A DNA stretch of 64,000 nt from an uncultured delta proteobacterium (GTDB taxonomy: Bacteria; Desulfobacterota; WTBG01; CAIYCZ01): NCBI GenBank assembly GCA_963803975.1, contig CAWDOY010000054.1:32001-96000 (forward strand), written 5' to 3'. Both the position numbers and the translations under genes were made by a program. A model generated the notes under the pieces. The model was not told where the DNA came from. It saw only the letters and a list, made by a program, of their open reading frames with translations, and searched no databases. Positions 52,217 through 62,826 of this stretch are shown here, piece by piece (the first letter of the stretch is position 1; the number at the start of each line of letters is the position of its first letter).

Positions 52217-53944
52217 ATGCAACTTTATCACGATGTTATTATTGTCGGCGCCGGGCTTGCAGGCCTGCGGGCGGCAGTCGAACTTGCCGGGTCGGCTGAT
52301 ATCGCCGTGGTCAGCAAGGTCTTTCCCACCCGCTCCCATTCCGGCGCTGCCCAGGGCGGCATTGCCGCAGCACTGGGCAACGAGGGAGAGGACAGCTGGG
52401 AATGGCACATGTATGACACGGTGAAGGGCAGTGATTTCATCGGCGACCAGGACGCGATCGAGCTCATGACCCGGGATGCGCCGCGGGCAATTATTGAGCT
52501 TGAGCACATGGGCGTGCCGTTCAGCCGCACCAATGACGGCAGAATTGCCCAGCGGGCATTCGGCGGCCATACCCGTGATTTTGGAAAGGCGCCGGTGAAA
52601 CGGGCCTGCTATGCATCGGACCGGACCGGCAGAGTGGTGCTCGATACGCTCTATGAGCAGTGCGTAAAGAAAGGCGTGCGCTTCTATTCAGAGTTTGTGC
52701 TCATCGACCTGTCATTCACCGACGATCAGGCCGGCGGAGCAATTCTGCTTGAATGGGCAACCGGTGAAATTCATGAGGTGCATGCACGGGCCATTCTGCT
52801 CGCAACCGGCGGGTTCGGGAAAGTCTATAAGACCACCTCCAACTGCTTTACCAACACCGGCGACGCGGTATCCATTGCCTTCCGGCACGGGGTGCCGCTT
52901 CAGGACATGGAGTTTGTGCAGTTTCACCCCACCGGCATCCGCGGGCTTGGCATCCTTATCAGCGAGGCAGCGCGGGGTGAAGGAGGCTTTCTGCTCAACC
53001 GCCTGGGTGAGCGCTTCATGGAGCGCTATGCGCCGGCAATAAAAGATCTTGCGCCCCGCGATATCGTATCCCGGGCAATACTGCGCGAGATTCAGAGCGG
53101 CAGGGGCATTGACGGCCAGGACTATGTGCATCTTGATATCACCCATCTCGGGCCGGAGGTCATTAATGAAAAACTGTGGGAGATAGCATCATTTGCCCGT
53201 CTCTACACCGGCGTTGAGCCGATTCAGGAGCCGATCCCGGTTCAGCCGACCTGCCACTACATGATGGGCGGCATTCCCACTGACGGTGATGGCCGGGTCC
53301 TAAAAGATAGCGCCGGCACCCCGCTTGCCGGGCTGTTTGCCGCAGGCGAGTGCGCCTGCGTTTCCGTGCACGGCGCCAACCGGCTCGGGTGCAACTCTCT
53401 TCTTGACCTGGTGGTCTTCGGCGCGCGCGCGGGCAGGGCGATAAAAGAATGGCTGGCACAGGCCGGCGCCGTCAGGAGCGGCGGAACAGCGTGCGCTGAT
53501 GCCAACAGGCAGATGCTTTCGCGCCTGCTGTCAGCAGCAGGGAAAGAAAAGATCCCCCGCATCAGGCAGGAACTGCAGGAACTCATGATGGAGCAGTGCT
53601 CGGTATTCAGGGATGAAAAGGGGCTGGCACCGGCGCGGCAGAAGATACAGGAGCTGACGCAGCGCTTCAGCTCCATCGGGCTTTCGGTCCGGGACCCGCG
53701 CTACAACATGGAACTCGTGGAGGCGCTGGAATGCGAGCACCTCCTGCGCCTTGCCGCAATCACCCTGGAGAGCGCCCTGTTCCGCAGGGAGAGCCGTGGC
53801 GCCCATTTCCGCGAGGATTACCCCGAGCGCGATGACCAGAATTTTCTCTGCCATACGCTGGTCTTTAAAGAAAAAGAGGGCATGCGGATTGAAAAAAAGC
53901 CGGTGCGCATCACCCGCTTTGAGCCGGTCGCAAGAACCTATTAA
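52217..53944 (+). CDS. sdhA: Succinate dehydrogenase/fumarate reductase flavoprotein subunit
   Basis: [42 protein letters not shown]. Confidence 0.95.
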   Translation: MQLYHDVIIVGAGLAGLRAAVELAGSADIAVVSKVFPTRSHSGAAQGGIAAALGNEGEDSWEWHMYDTVKGSDFIGDQDAIELMTRDAPRAIIELEHMGVPFSRTNDGRIAQRAFGGHTRDFGKAPVKRACYASDRTGRVVLDTLYEQCVKKGVRFYSEFVLIDLSFTDDQAGGAILLEWATGEIHEVHARAILLATGGFGKVYKTTSNCFTNTGDAVSIAFRHGVPLQDMEFVQFHPTGIRGLGILISEAARGEGGFLLNRLGERFMERYAPAIKDLAPRDIVSRAILREIQSGRGIDGQDYVHLDITHLGPEVINEKLWEIASFARLYTGVEPIQEPIPVQPTCHYMMGGIPTDGDGRVLKDSAGTPLAGLFAAGECACVSVHGANRLGCNSLLDLVVFGARAGRAIKEWLAQAGAVRSGGTACADANRQMLSRLLSAAGKEKIPRIRQELQELMMEQCSVFRDEKGLAPARQKIQELTQRFSSIGLSVRDPRYNMELVEALECEHLLRLAAITLESALFRRESRGAHFREDYPERDDQNFLCHTLVFKEKEGMRIEKKPVRITRFEPVARTY

Positions 53945-54131
53945 CAGGCTGTTGAAAAGCACCCATCTGCTCCCGTTACGCTACCCCTTATGTCCCCCCT
54001 TGGTAAGGGGGGAGGAAGGGGGGTGTCATTGCGACGTACGGGAATGTACGACTCATTCCTGGAGGATTTCGCGTGCCTTGCATCTGGATGTTTTTGACCA
54101 GCCTGGGAAAAACAGCTTTTTCAACAATCTA
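53945..54131 (+). mobile_element. MITE-like repeat, family A, copy 2, carrying a nested REP-like hairpin
   Basis: Same TIRs and core as 15457-15610, plus an internal CCCCTTATGTCCCCCCTTGGTAAGGGGGGAGGAAGGGGGG segment. Confidence 0.85.
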
Positions 54132-54147
54132 TTAGGAGAGGTAGCCA

Positions 54148-54853
54148 ATGGAGCGCCTGTTTCGAATCTTTCGCTTTGACCCTCAGCAGGAGGCCTCACC
54201 ACGGTTCCAGGAGTACCTGGTACGGGTAGAGCCGATCGATAAAATACTTGATTGCCTGAACCGGATACGCTGGGAGCAGGACCCTTCACTTTCCTTCCGC
54301 ATGTCCTGCGCCCACGGCATCTGCGGCTCTGACGGCATGCGCATAAATGGCGTGTGCACGCTTGCCTGCCAGCGGCTGACTAAAAACTATCCCGATGACC
54401 CGATTACTATCGAACCCCTGCCGAATTTGCGGGTAGTAAAAGACCTGGTGGTTGACATCGAGCCGTTCTTCGAAAAACACCGGTCACTGAAACCCTATCT
54501 TGTTGCCGCAGCAGACGGAAGGTGAAGCTGAGCGCTTCCAGAGCCCGGAAGAGCGGAAAACATTTGATGAGGCCATCAGGTGTATCCTGTGCGCCTGCTG
54601 CACCGCAGCCTGCCCGGTATCGGCTGAGAACGAACAGTTCCTGGGGCCGGCCGCGCTGCTCCGGGCCTTCCGCTACCTGTTTGATTCACGGGATGAGGAT
54701 GCCCGTGAGCGCATGCGCATGCTTGATACTGATGACGCTATCTGGGGATGCAAGAGCCACGGCAAGTGTACCGAGGTATGCCCGAAGGAAATTGATGTGA
54801 GGAAGTGGCTGGCTGTTACGAAAAAGAAGATCTACGATGCAAAACAAAAATAG
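54148..54853 (+). CDS. sdhB: Succinate dehydrogenase/fumarate reductase iron-sulfur subunit; frameshift at about 54520
   Basis: SCAHGICGSDG, CILCACCTAACP, C.....CTEVCPK. Confidence 0.93.
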
Positions 54854-54905
54854 TAAAAACACGGCACAGCTTATAGCTGACGGCTGATTGCTGAAGGCTT
54901 CTTTA

Positions 54906-55409
54906 TCAGTCGAGTTTGAAATCGCCGTGCTTCTTGATATGCTCCACCAGCCCGCCGTCGGCAAGAATGTTGGCCATGGCTTTGGGCAATGCAGGAAAGG
55001 TATAGGTCGCGCCTTTTGAGAGATTCGCCAGCTTCCCGCCAAGCAGGTCAAGCTCCAGCTCATCGCCTTCGTCAATTTTGTCAGTGTCAATAATAAGTGC
55101 CGGCAGCCCCACGTTGATGCAGTTGCGGAAGAAGATGCGCGGGAAGCTTTTGGCAATGACCGCGCTCACCCCGGCCATCTTAATAATAGTCGGTGCATGC
55201 TCGCGGCTTGAGCCCTGGCCGAAATTTTTTCCGCCGACCACAAAATCCCCCTGCTGTACGATAGAGGCAAACCCCGGCCGGGCATCCTCGAGCACATGTT
55301 TCGCCAGCTCCGGGAGGTTGCTGCGCAGGTGAAATAATCTTCCCGGCGCGATATGATCAGTACTGATACCGTCGCCAAATTTCCAGGCTTTGCCCTTGAG
55401 CTTGTCCAT
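54906..55409 (-). CDS. Isopropylmalate/homoaconitate-type dehydratase small subunit (LeuD/HacB family)
   Basis: ISTDHIAPG, NFGQGSSREHA, IFFRNCINVG. Confidence 0.9.
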   Translation of the reverse strand: MDKLKGKAWKFGDGISTDHIAPGRLFHLRSNLPELAKHVLEDARPGFASIVQQGDFVVGGKNFGQGSSREHAPTIIKMAGVSAVIAKSFPRIFFRNCINVGLPALIIDTDKIDEGDELELDLLGGKLANLSKGATYTFPALPKAMANILADGGLVEHIKKHGDFKLD

Positions 55410-55430
55410 GGTAACTCCGAGTGTACTGTT

Positions 55431-55515
55431 GAGGAGTTAAGGAGTTTAGAGTTCAGGAGTTTAAAAATTTAACCCTATAACTCTTCAACTCCACAACTCC
55501 TTAACTCATAACTGA
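55431..55515. repeat. Palindromic octamer array (GGAGTT.. / AACTCC..)
   Basis: GAGGAGTTAAGGAGTTTAGAGTTCAGGAGTT...AACTCTTCAACTCCACAACTCCTTAACTC. Confidence 0.7.
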
Positions 55516-55518
55516 ATA

Positions 55519-56773
55519 TTATAAAAATTCTCTTGGGTCAGTGATCCTGCCGGTAATTGCAGTGGCTGCAGCAGTTGCCGGGCTGGCAAGATATATAAAT
55601 GCGTTCGGGTTGCCCATCCGGCCCTTGAAATTCCGGTTTTGCGTGGCAACACATACTTCCCCGTCACCCAGCACCCCTTCATGCACGCCCACACAGGCGC
55701 CGCAGCCGGGGCCGGTGATAATGCCGCCTGCTTCTGCCAGGGTCTGGATGGTGCCGTCAGCTGAGCCCGTCAAGAAGCGTCCTGCGCGAGCCCGGTGTTA
55801 TCAGCAGCCGCACCCCGGGAGCAACTTTTTTCCCCTTCAGGATCGCGGCCGCCACCCTGAAATCATCGAGCCGGCCGTTGGTGCTGGTGCCTATGAAAAC
55901 CTGGTTGACTGCCAGCGGCTCGACGGTGCCGATTGGGTGCACATTATCAACAAAATGCGGGCAGGCGACCATGGGCTCGAGGGTGCTTACATCAAAATTC
56001 AGGATTTTTTCATATGCTGCATCCGGGTCAGCCTGCAGCGGCCGGTATCCTGCAGGCCTGCCCAGGCTTTCAAGAAACGCTTTTGTCACGCCGTCGGAAT
56101 TGAAAAGGCCGACCTTGGCACCGCTTTCTACCGCCATATTGGAGATGGTGAGGCGGCCGGACATGGGCAGTGATTCCATTGCCGGGCCGGTAAATTCAAG
56201 CGCCTTGTAGGTCGCGCCGTCAGCGGTGACCGTACCGATAAAATTGAGCATGAAGTCTTTTGCATAGACGCCCTTCGGGAATGTGCCGGCAACCGCTATC
56301 TTCCAGGTTTCCGGCACCCGCAGCCAGGTATGGCCCAGGGCCATGGCAACGGCAATGTCTGTAGAGCCCATGCCGGTAGCAAAGGCGCACAGGGCGCCGC
56401 CCGTGCAGGTGTGCGAGTCAGCGCCGACCACCACCTCCCCCGGATTGATATAGTCCTCGCTTGCGACATTGTGGGAAATGCCGTTGCCGGTGTCAGACAG
56501 GATCGCGCCGGTTCTGCGGCAGAATTCGCGCAGCAGCTGGTGGTCGTTGGACAGCTCCTGGCGCGGGCTGGGCGATGCATGATCGATAAAGACAATGCTG
56601 CGCTGCGGGCTGGAAACGGTTTTGAACCCCAGTTTTTCGAGCTGCCGCACGGTGAGGGGGCCGGTTCCGTCCTGCACGTAGACCAGGTCCACGCACGCAA
56701 CTGCAAACTCACCTGCCCGCACGTCATGACCGGCGTGCGCGCTCAGGATTTTTTCGCTCAGCGTTTTACCCAT
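55519..56773 (-). CDS. Isopropylmalate/homoaconitate-type dehydratase large subunit (LeuC/HacA family); frameshift at about 55765
   Basis: [22 protein letters not shown] (Ser in place of Cys), [16 protein letters not shown]. Confidence 0.9.
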
Positions 56774-56965
56774 AGCCGCTCCTCCAGATACAAAGATTTA
56801 TATAGTATAAAAGATTATAACGTCCCGGCTGTCAAGAGGAATTGCAGCAGCTGTGCTGCCGTGCCGGGGCAGAGCCAAAGGGCTTGACATTTTTCAGGGC
56901 AGGCCCTATGTTTCCCTACAGGGGTACAGGGGTAATAGCATACAACACGTAAAGGGGAGCATGAT

Positions 56966-58111
56966 ATGGAGAATACATCATATTCCAAAGGCCTTGAAGG
57001 GGTTATTGCTGATGAGAGCCGGATCTGTAAAATCGACGGCACCCAGGGAAAGCTCTATTACCGGGGCTATTCCATAGAGGACCTGGCCGCCCACTGCAGC
57101 TATGAAGAGGTGGCCTACCTGCTGCTGTATGAAAACCTGCCGACGCGCAGCGAGCTCGATATTTTTTCCCTGAAAATGCGGGGCAGCCGTGATATACCGC
57201 CCCCGGTCCGCGAGATGATGCAGGCGTTTCCCCCGGCAGCGCACCCCATGGAACTGCTGCAGTCGGTCATGGCCTATCTGAGCAGTTATGTGCGCCACCG
57301 CATAGAGCACTCGGTCAACTGCAACTGCCGGGAAACGCTCCACCAGGTGTCGCAGCTTGCAAGCGTAGTGGCAACCTATGGCAGGTTCATGCAGGGAAAA
57401 GAGTATGTGCCGCCGCGCCGGGACCTGTCCCACGGCGCAAATTTCCTCTACATGCTCCACGGCACTGAGCCGGACCCCTTGGACGGGGAGCTTATGGACA
57501 AGTGCCTGCTGCTGCATGCTGAACATGATTTCAATGCTTCAACATTTGCCGCGCGGGTAGTGGCCTCAACGCTTTCAACCTGCTACTGCAGCATCTCAAG
57601 CGCCATCGGCGCCCTGTACGGCTCGCTCCACGGCGGGGCCAACCAGCGCGTCATCGAAATGGCCGAGGAGATCGGCAGCAAAGACAACGTCAGCGCATGG
57701 ATGGAAAAGGCCCTGGCCCAGAAGCGCAAAGTCATGGGCATGGGGCACCGGGAATACAAGGCAAAAGACCCCCGGGCGAACGTTATCGAGAAGCTGCTGC
57801 TCACGCTTTCAGAAAGAAAAAAAGATTTTCGTTATGTTGAAATACTTCAGGAGGTGGAGCGGGTGTTCCGCGCAAAAATGGAGACCGCCGGCAAGCCGCT
57901 CTATCCGAACGTTGACTTTTATTCGGGCGCGGTGTACCGGCTGCTGGGTATTCCCCCCATACTGTTCACCCCGATTTTTGCCGTGGGCAGGGTAGCGGGA
58001 TGGCTCGCGCACATACTGGAACAAAGGAGCGACAACCGTATCTATCGCCCGGAGAGCCTGTACCGGGGGCCGGAGCCGCGGACAGTGGTGCCGCTTGAAA
58101 AAAGGCAATGA
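56966..58111 (+). CDS. Citrate / 2-methylcitrate synthase
   Basis: GLEGV, LHAEH..NAST, LHGGAN, GMGHREYK..DPR, PNVDFYSG. Confidence 0.93.
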   Translation: MENTSYSKGLEGVIADESRICKIDGTQGKLYYRGYSIEDLAAHCSYEEVAYLLLYENLPTRSELDIFSLKMRGSRDIPPPVREMMQAFPPAAHPMELLQSVMAYLSSYVRHRIEHSVNCNCRETLHQVSQLASVVATYGRFMQGKEYVPPRRDLSHGANFLYMLHGTEPDPLDGELMDKCLLLHAEHDFNASTFAARVVASTLSTCYCSISSAIGALYGSLHGGANQRVIEMAEEIGSKDNVSAWMEKALAQKRKVMGMGHREYKAKDPRANVIEKLLLTLSERKKDFRYVEILQEVERVFRAKMETAGKPLYPNVDFYSGAVYRLLGIPPILFTPIFAVGRVAGWLAHILEQRSDNRIYRPESLYRGPEPRTVVPLEKRQ

Positions 58112-58381
58112 CAGCCAGCCAGTCAGGGACTTGGGGTTGGGGCTCGTCCACCCTCCGCAGTGTAAAAAAACAAGCTTACTGGTGACTGTCGTTCATTTGG
58201 CTGGCCACGTTAGTGACGCTCGCACAAGCGGCTCGGAAGCGGGCGGAGGACGGGTGGCTCGGGGTTAGTGCCCAGTAAAGGCCAAAAGGCTAAACCTCTT
58301 TGCCTCTTCACCTTTTACCTATTCTTCTTTTCACTTTTTCACTGCGGTCATGCTGTTTGCCGGTTTTTTTATGACTTAATT

Positions 58382-58540
58382 TTGACGAAGCCGTAAAAAG
58401 TCAATTTCCCCTCCCCTGGCGGGAGGGGATTAAGGGGAGGGGGAGAAATATTATACTGTCATTAGTTGTTTATCACCCTCACCCCAACCCTCTCCCGTGA
58501 AGGGAGAGGGAGGTCTTTCTGCTTTTTACGAGGCCATCAA
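58382..58540. mobile_element. MITE-like element, family B, enclosing two inverted REP-like hairpins
   Basis: TIR TTGACGAAGCCGTAAAAAG / CTTTTTACGAGGCCATCAA; inside are CCCCTCCCCTGGCGGGAGGGGATTAAGGGGAGGGG and CCCTCACCCCAACCCTCTCCCGTGAAGGGAGAGGG. Confidence 0.72.
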
Positions 58541-58692
58541 TTTTGAAAATATCCTGCAGGGCTTTTTCTTGACAAAAAACAATAAATTAGTATAACGTCA
58601 TTTGCATTATCAGGGCGCACTGCATTTTGAAGTCAGGGAGTTTACGGGCAGCGTGAGCTGCAGTTCTTCACTCACCGCCTGGCAACTTTTGC

Positions 58693-58843
58693 CAGGTTGT
58701 TGAAACAGTTGTTTTTTCCAAGCTGGTCAAAAACATTCAGATGCAAGGCGCGCGATATCACGAGGAATGAGGCGTACTTTGCGGTACGCTGCAATGACGA
58801 GGGATGCGCGCAACGCAGCAGATGGGTGTTTTTCAACAGCTTG
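58693..58843 (-). mobile_element. MITE-like repeat, family A, copy 3 (reverse orientation)
   Basis: Reverse complement reads CAAGCTGTTGAAAAACACCCATCTGC...CGTCATTGC...GTACGCCTCATTCCT...GTTTTTGACCAGCTTG...TTTCAACAACCTG. Confidence 0.85.
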
Positions 58844-58901
58844 CTAATGTTTTTATGGTACACATAATACCGAATTCCGGTCATATGAAAGGAGAACAGG
58901 G

Positions 58902-60455
58902 ATGGGAATCATTGCTGACAAAATTGCTGAGCTAAAGGAGAAGCGGGGAAAATATGAGGGGATGGGAGGTGCCAAGGCGGTTGAAAAGCAGCACGCCTCA
59001 GGCAAGATGACGGCACGGGAGCGGATTAATTACTTTTTTGACCCCGGCACGTTCCAGGAAATTGATATGTTTGTGCAGCACCGCTGCACCAATTATAATA
59101 TGTCTTCCACGGACATTCCCTCTGACGGCGTCATTACCGGCCATGGCAAGGTGAATGGCCGCACCGTGTGCGCCTACGCTCAGGATTTTACCTCCCGCGC
59201 CGGCACGCTGGGAGAAATGCATTCCAAGAAGATCACCAAGATTATGGACCTGGCCCTGAAATCAGGGGTACCGCTCATCGGGTTCAATGACTCGGGCGGC
59301 GCGCGGATTCAGGAAGGCATAGACGCCCTGTTTGGCTACGGCGAGATATTTTTCCGCAACTCTGCGGCGTCCGGCGTCATTCCGCAGATTACCTGTATCA
59401 TGGGGCCTACGGCAGGTGGAGCAGTGTATTCGCCGGCCATGACTGACTGGGTATTCATGGTGAAAAAAACCAGCTTCATGTTCATCACCGGCCCTGACGT
59501 CATACGTGCCGTAACCGGGGAAGAGATAACCCAGGAGGACCTGGGCGGCGCCATGACCCATAACACCCGCAGCGGGGTGGCCCAGTTTGCCGCGGAAAAC
59601 GACTCCCATGCCATAGACATGATAAAGGAGCTCCTGTCCTATCTGCCGGCAAACAACATGGAAGACCCGCCGTACGCTGATACCGGCGACGACCCCAACC
59701 GCATCGATCCGGCGCTTGATGAGATCATTCCCGACACGCCCAATAAAGCCTACGACATGAAGCAGGTCATCACATCAATTGTTGATAACGGCACCTTTTT
59801 TGAGCCCCATGAATATTTCGCCCTGAACATGATTGTCTGTTTTGCCCGCTTGAATGGCCATGTCATCGGCATTATTGCCAACCAGCCCCTGCAGCTTGCC
59901 GGGTGCCTGGATGTTAATGCTTCAGACAAGGCAACGCGGTTCATCCGCTTTTGTGACGCATTTAATATTCCGCTGCTTACGCTGGTTGACGTGCCGGGCT
60001 ACCTTCCCGGTAAAGACCAGGAGTGGTCGGGAATTATCCGCCACGGGGCAAAACTCCTGTGGTGCTATTCTGAAGCAACGGTGCCCAAACTGACGCTCAT
60101 TACCCGAAAGGCCTACGGCGGAGCCTATATTGCCATGTGCAGCCGGCACCTGGGTGCTGATTTTATGTTTGCCTGGCCTGGTTCAGAGATTGCGGTCATG
60201 GGTGCTGAGGGCGCTGCCAATATCATCCACCGGCAGGAGATACAGGACGCCCCGGACCGCGCTGCAAAGCGCAAAGAGAAGATCGAAGAGTATCAGACGC
60301 TTTTTTCAAATCCCTATATTGCCGCAGCCAGGGGATATGTGGACGCCGTTATCTATCCCCGGGAGACCAGGGCCACGCTGATCAAGGCGCTGGAGACCGT
60401 CATCAACAAGCGCGAGACCAGGCCGCCGAAGAAACACGGAAATATTCCTACATAA
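58902..60455 (+). CDS. Acyl-CoA carboxyltransferase (methylmalonyl-/propionyl-CoA type; PccB/MmdA/12S family)
   Basis: TARERI, DSGGARIQEG, GGAVYSPA, VDVPGYLPG, RKAYGGAY, KKHGNIP. Confidence 0.94.
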   Translation: MGIIADKIAELKEKRGKYEGMGGAKAVEKQHASGKMTARERINYFFDPGTFQEIDMFVQHRCTNYNMSSTDIPSDGVITGHGKVNGRTVCAYAQDFTSRAGTLGEMHSKKITKIMDLALKSGVPLIGFNDSGGARIQEGIDALFGYGEIFFRNSAASGVIPQITCIMGPTAGGAVYSPAMTDWVFMVKKTSFMFITGPDVIRAVTGEEITQEDLGGAMTHNTRSGVAQFAAENDSHAIDMIKELLSYLPANNMEDPPYADTGDDPNRIDPALDEIIPDTPNKAYDMKQVITSIVDNGTFFEPHEYFALNMIVCFARLNGHVIGIIANQPLQLAGCLDVNASDKATRFIRFCDAFNIPLLTLVDVPGYLPGKDQEWSGIIRHGAKLLWCYSEATVPKLTLITRKAYGGAYIAMCSRHLGADFMFAWPGSEIAVMGAEGAANIIHRQEIQDAPDRAAKRKEKIEEYQTLFSNPYIAAARGYVDAVIYPRETRATLIKALETVINKRETRPPKKHGNIPT

Positions 60456-60510
60456 CCAGATGCGGCTGGACATAGACCGCTGATAGCTTCTATAGCAGAT
60501 AGAACTTTCT

Positions 60511-60693
60511 ATGGATAAAAAAAAGATCGCCGCGATTATGAGCGCGGTTAACGGCTATATAAAGGCCGGGCAGGAAGGAGCTGCTGCACCGATTCTTCCC
60601 ACACCGCCTTCAATATGGGGCGCGGACGGCCGCCGGCAGATGATGAGCATGCGCAACCTCTGGCAAATGAGAATTTTTAAAAAAGCAGGGTGA
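60511..60693 (+). CDS. Small hypothetical protein, possibly a carboxylase accessory (epsilon-like) subunit
   Basis: KIAAIMSAV...SIWGADGR; lies between the carboxyltransferase and the biotin-carrier gene. Confidence 0.65.
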   Translation: MDKKKIAAIMSAVNGYIKAGQEGAAAPILPTPPSIWGADGRRQMMSMRNLWQMRIFKKAG

Positions 60694-60817
60694 GAAACTA
60701 AAAAACAGCTATTAGCTGACAGCTATCAGCTAAATTGCTGAGGAACAGCACCGTGTTCAGTATTGAGAGAACTGCCAGGACTGTGGGTAATCGCAGCTGG
60801 CGTATACGGAGGTGAAT

Positions 60818-62749
60818 ATGAAAGAGGGAAAAAAGCCAGCAAAAAAAGCAAAAAACCCGGTGCGCATTACCGACACCACCTTTCGCGATGGACACCAGTC
60901 TTTGCTCGCCACCAGAACCCGGCTTGATGACCTGCTGCCCATAGCAGAAAAGATGGACAGCGTCGGCTTCCACTCTCTTGAGGTGTGGGGCGGGGCAACC
61001 TTTGACGTCTGCACGCGGTTTTTGAACGAGGACCCGTGGGAGCGGCTGCGCACCCTGAAGCGGTATTGCAAAAAAACTCCGCTGCAGATGCTTTTGCGCG
61101 GCCAGAACCTGGTCGGCTACCGCAATTATGCTGATGATGTGGTTGAGGCCTTTGTCATGACCAGCGCTGAGTGCGGCATGGATATTTTCCGGGTGTTTGA
61201 CGCGCTCAATGACGAGCGCAACTTTGAAGCCTCATTTAAAGCCATCAAGAAAGCGCGCAAGCACATCCAGGCGACGCTGTGCTACTCGCTCACTGAGCGG
61301 CGCATGGGCGGCGAGGTCTTTAACATTGACTACTATGTAAAGAAGGCAAAACGCTTTGAGAGCATGGGGGCTGATTCCCTGTGCATCAAGGACATGGCCG
61401 GAATCCTTGCCCCGTTTGATGCGTATGAGCTGGTCAGCGCGCTGAAGAAAGCGGTGAAGATCCCCATCCAGCTCCATTGCCACTACACCAGCGGCATGGC
61501 GTCCATGACCTACATGAAAGCGATTGAAGCAGGAGTTGATGTCGTTGATACGGCCCTGGCGCCCTTTGCCCTGCGCAGCTCCCAGCCGGCCATTGAGCCG
61601 ATCGTGGTTACTCTGGAGGCGACAGACCGCAGTACCGGCCTTGACCTGAATCTTCTGTTTGAGCTTGGAGAATACATGGAATCAATTTGCCCGCAAGTAC
61701 CGTGACTTTCTCGACTGCTCGCGGATGGGCGTGATTGACACCGGCGTTCTCATGCATCAGATTCCCGGCGGCATGATCTCTAACCTCGTAGGCCAGCTCA
61801 AAGAAGCCGGCGCCCTTGACCGGATACACGAAGTTTATGAAGAGCTGCCCAGAATGCGCAAGGAGCTTGGCTTACCCGCCGCTGGTAACGCCGACCAGCC
61901 AGATTGTGGGCATCCAGGCAGTGCAGAATGTGCTGTTTGGCCGCTACAAAATGATAACCGGCCAGATAAAGGATTATGCCTATGGTCTGTACGGAAAACC
62001 TCCGGTGCCCATGGATAAAAAAGTGCAGGAGATGATTTTAAAAGGCTATGAGCGCGGCGAGAAGCCCATCACCTGCCGCGCCGCAGATATCCTTGAGCCG
62101 GAGCTGGACAAGGCAAAGCAGGAGACCAAAGGGATTGCAAAAAATCTTGAAGATGTTCTGACCTATGCCATGTACCCGACCACCGGCCTGCGTTTTTTGA
62201 AGTGGAAATACGGCCTTGAGCCGGTGCCGGACAATGTCAAGCCCAAGACCCTGGAGCAGGTGAAAAAAGAAGATGAGCTTGTTGCCAAAGCCAGGGCCGG
62301 AAAACTTGTTGAGAAGACAGAAAAAGCAGTGCCTGAGAAGGGCGCCGGGGCGAGAGCATTTAATGTGTTTGTAGATGGCGAGTACTATCAGGTAGAGGTT
62401 GAGGAGCAGGGCGGCATGAAGATATCGGCGCCGGTGAAGGTTGCTGCCCCGCAGCCCGCTAGCAGCAAAGCCCGCTGCACCGCCGGCTGCTGCAAAACAG
62501 GAGACACCGGCGGTAACGGTCGGCGCCGGTGAAACCGCCATTACCGCGCCCATGCCCGGCATGATCATCGAATACAAGGTGAAGGAAGGGGACAGCGTAA
62601 AGGCAGGCGATGTGGTGCTCATATTAGAGGCCATGAAAATGCAGAACAGCATTACCGCGCCGGTCAGCGGCGTGGTGAAGAAGATAAGCGCCGCCCCCGG
62701 CACCTCGGTGCCGAAAGACAGCGTGCTGTGTATCATCGAAGCGAAATGA
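60818..62749 (+). CDS. Pyruvate/oxaloacetate carboxyltransferase (PycB/OadA/5S-like) fused to a biotinyl domain; three frameshifts
   Basis: RDGHQSL, WGGATFD, LRGQNLVGY, IKDMAG, HCH, QIPGGM, PLVTPTSQIVG, EAMKM. Confidence 0.92.
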
Positions 62750-62752
62750 GAG

Positions 62753-62826
62753 AATGACGAAGCTATCAGCCGTCAGCTTTCAGCTAATCAGAGCCCTGTA
62801 CCAGGTTATCCGGTGCAGGGCTTTTT
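62753..62826 (+). repeat. Direct repeat with terminator hairpin, left of the TA module
   Basis: AATGAC...CAGCCGTCAGCTTTCAGCTAATCAGAGCCCTGTACCAGGTTATCCGGTGCAGGGCTTTTT. Confidence 0.85.

Noticed and set aside
1..62749. Mass pseudogenisation or programmed frameshifting in the many split genes
   Set aside because: The breaks are single-base indels, several in or near homopolymers (e.g. tal at 10262), in housekeeping genes with intact motifs and no nonsense decay. Sequencing error is the simplest explanation; read polishing would confirm.
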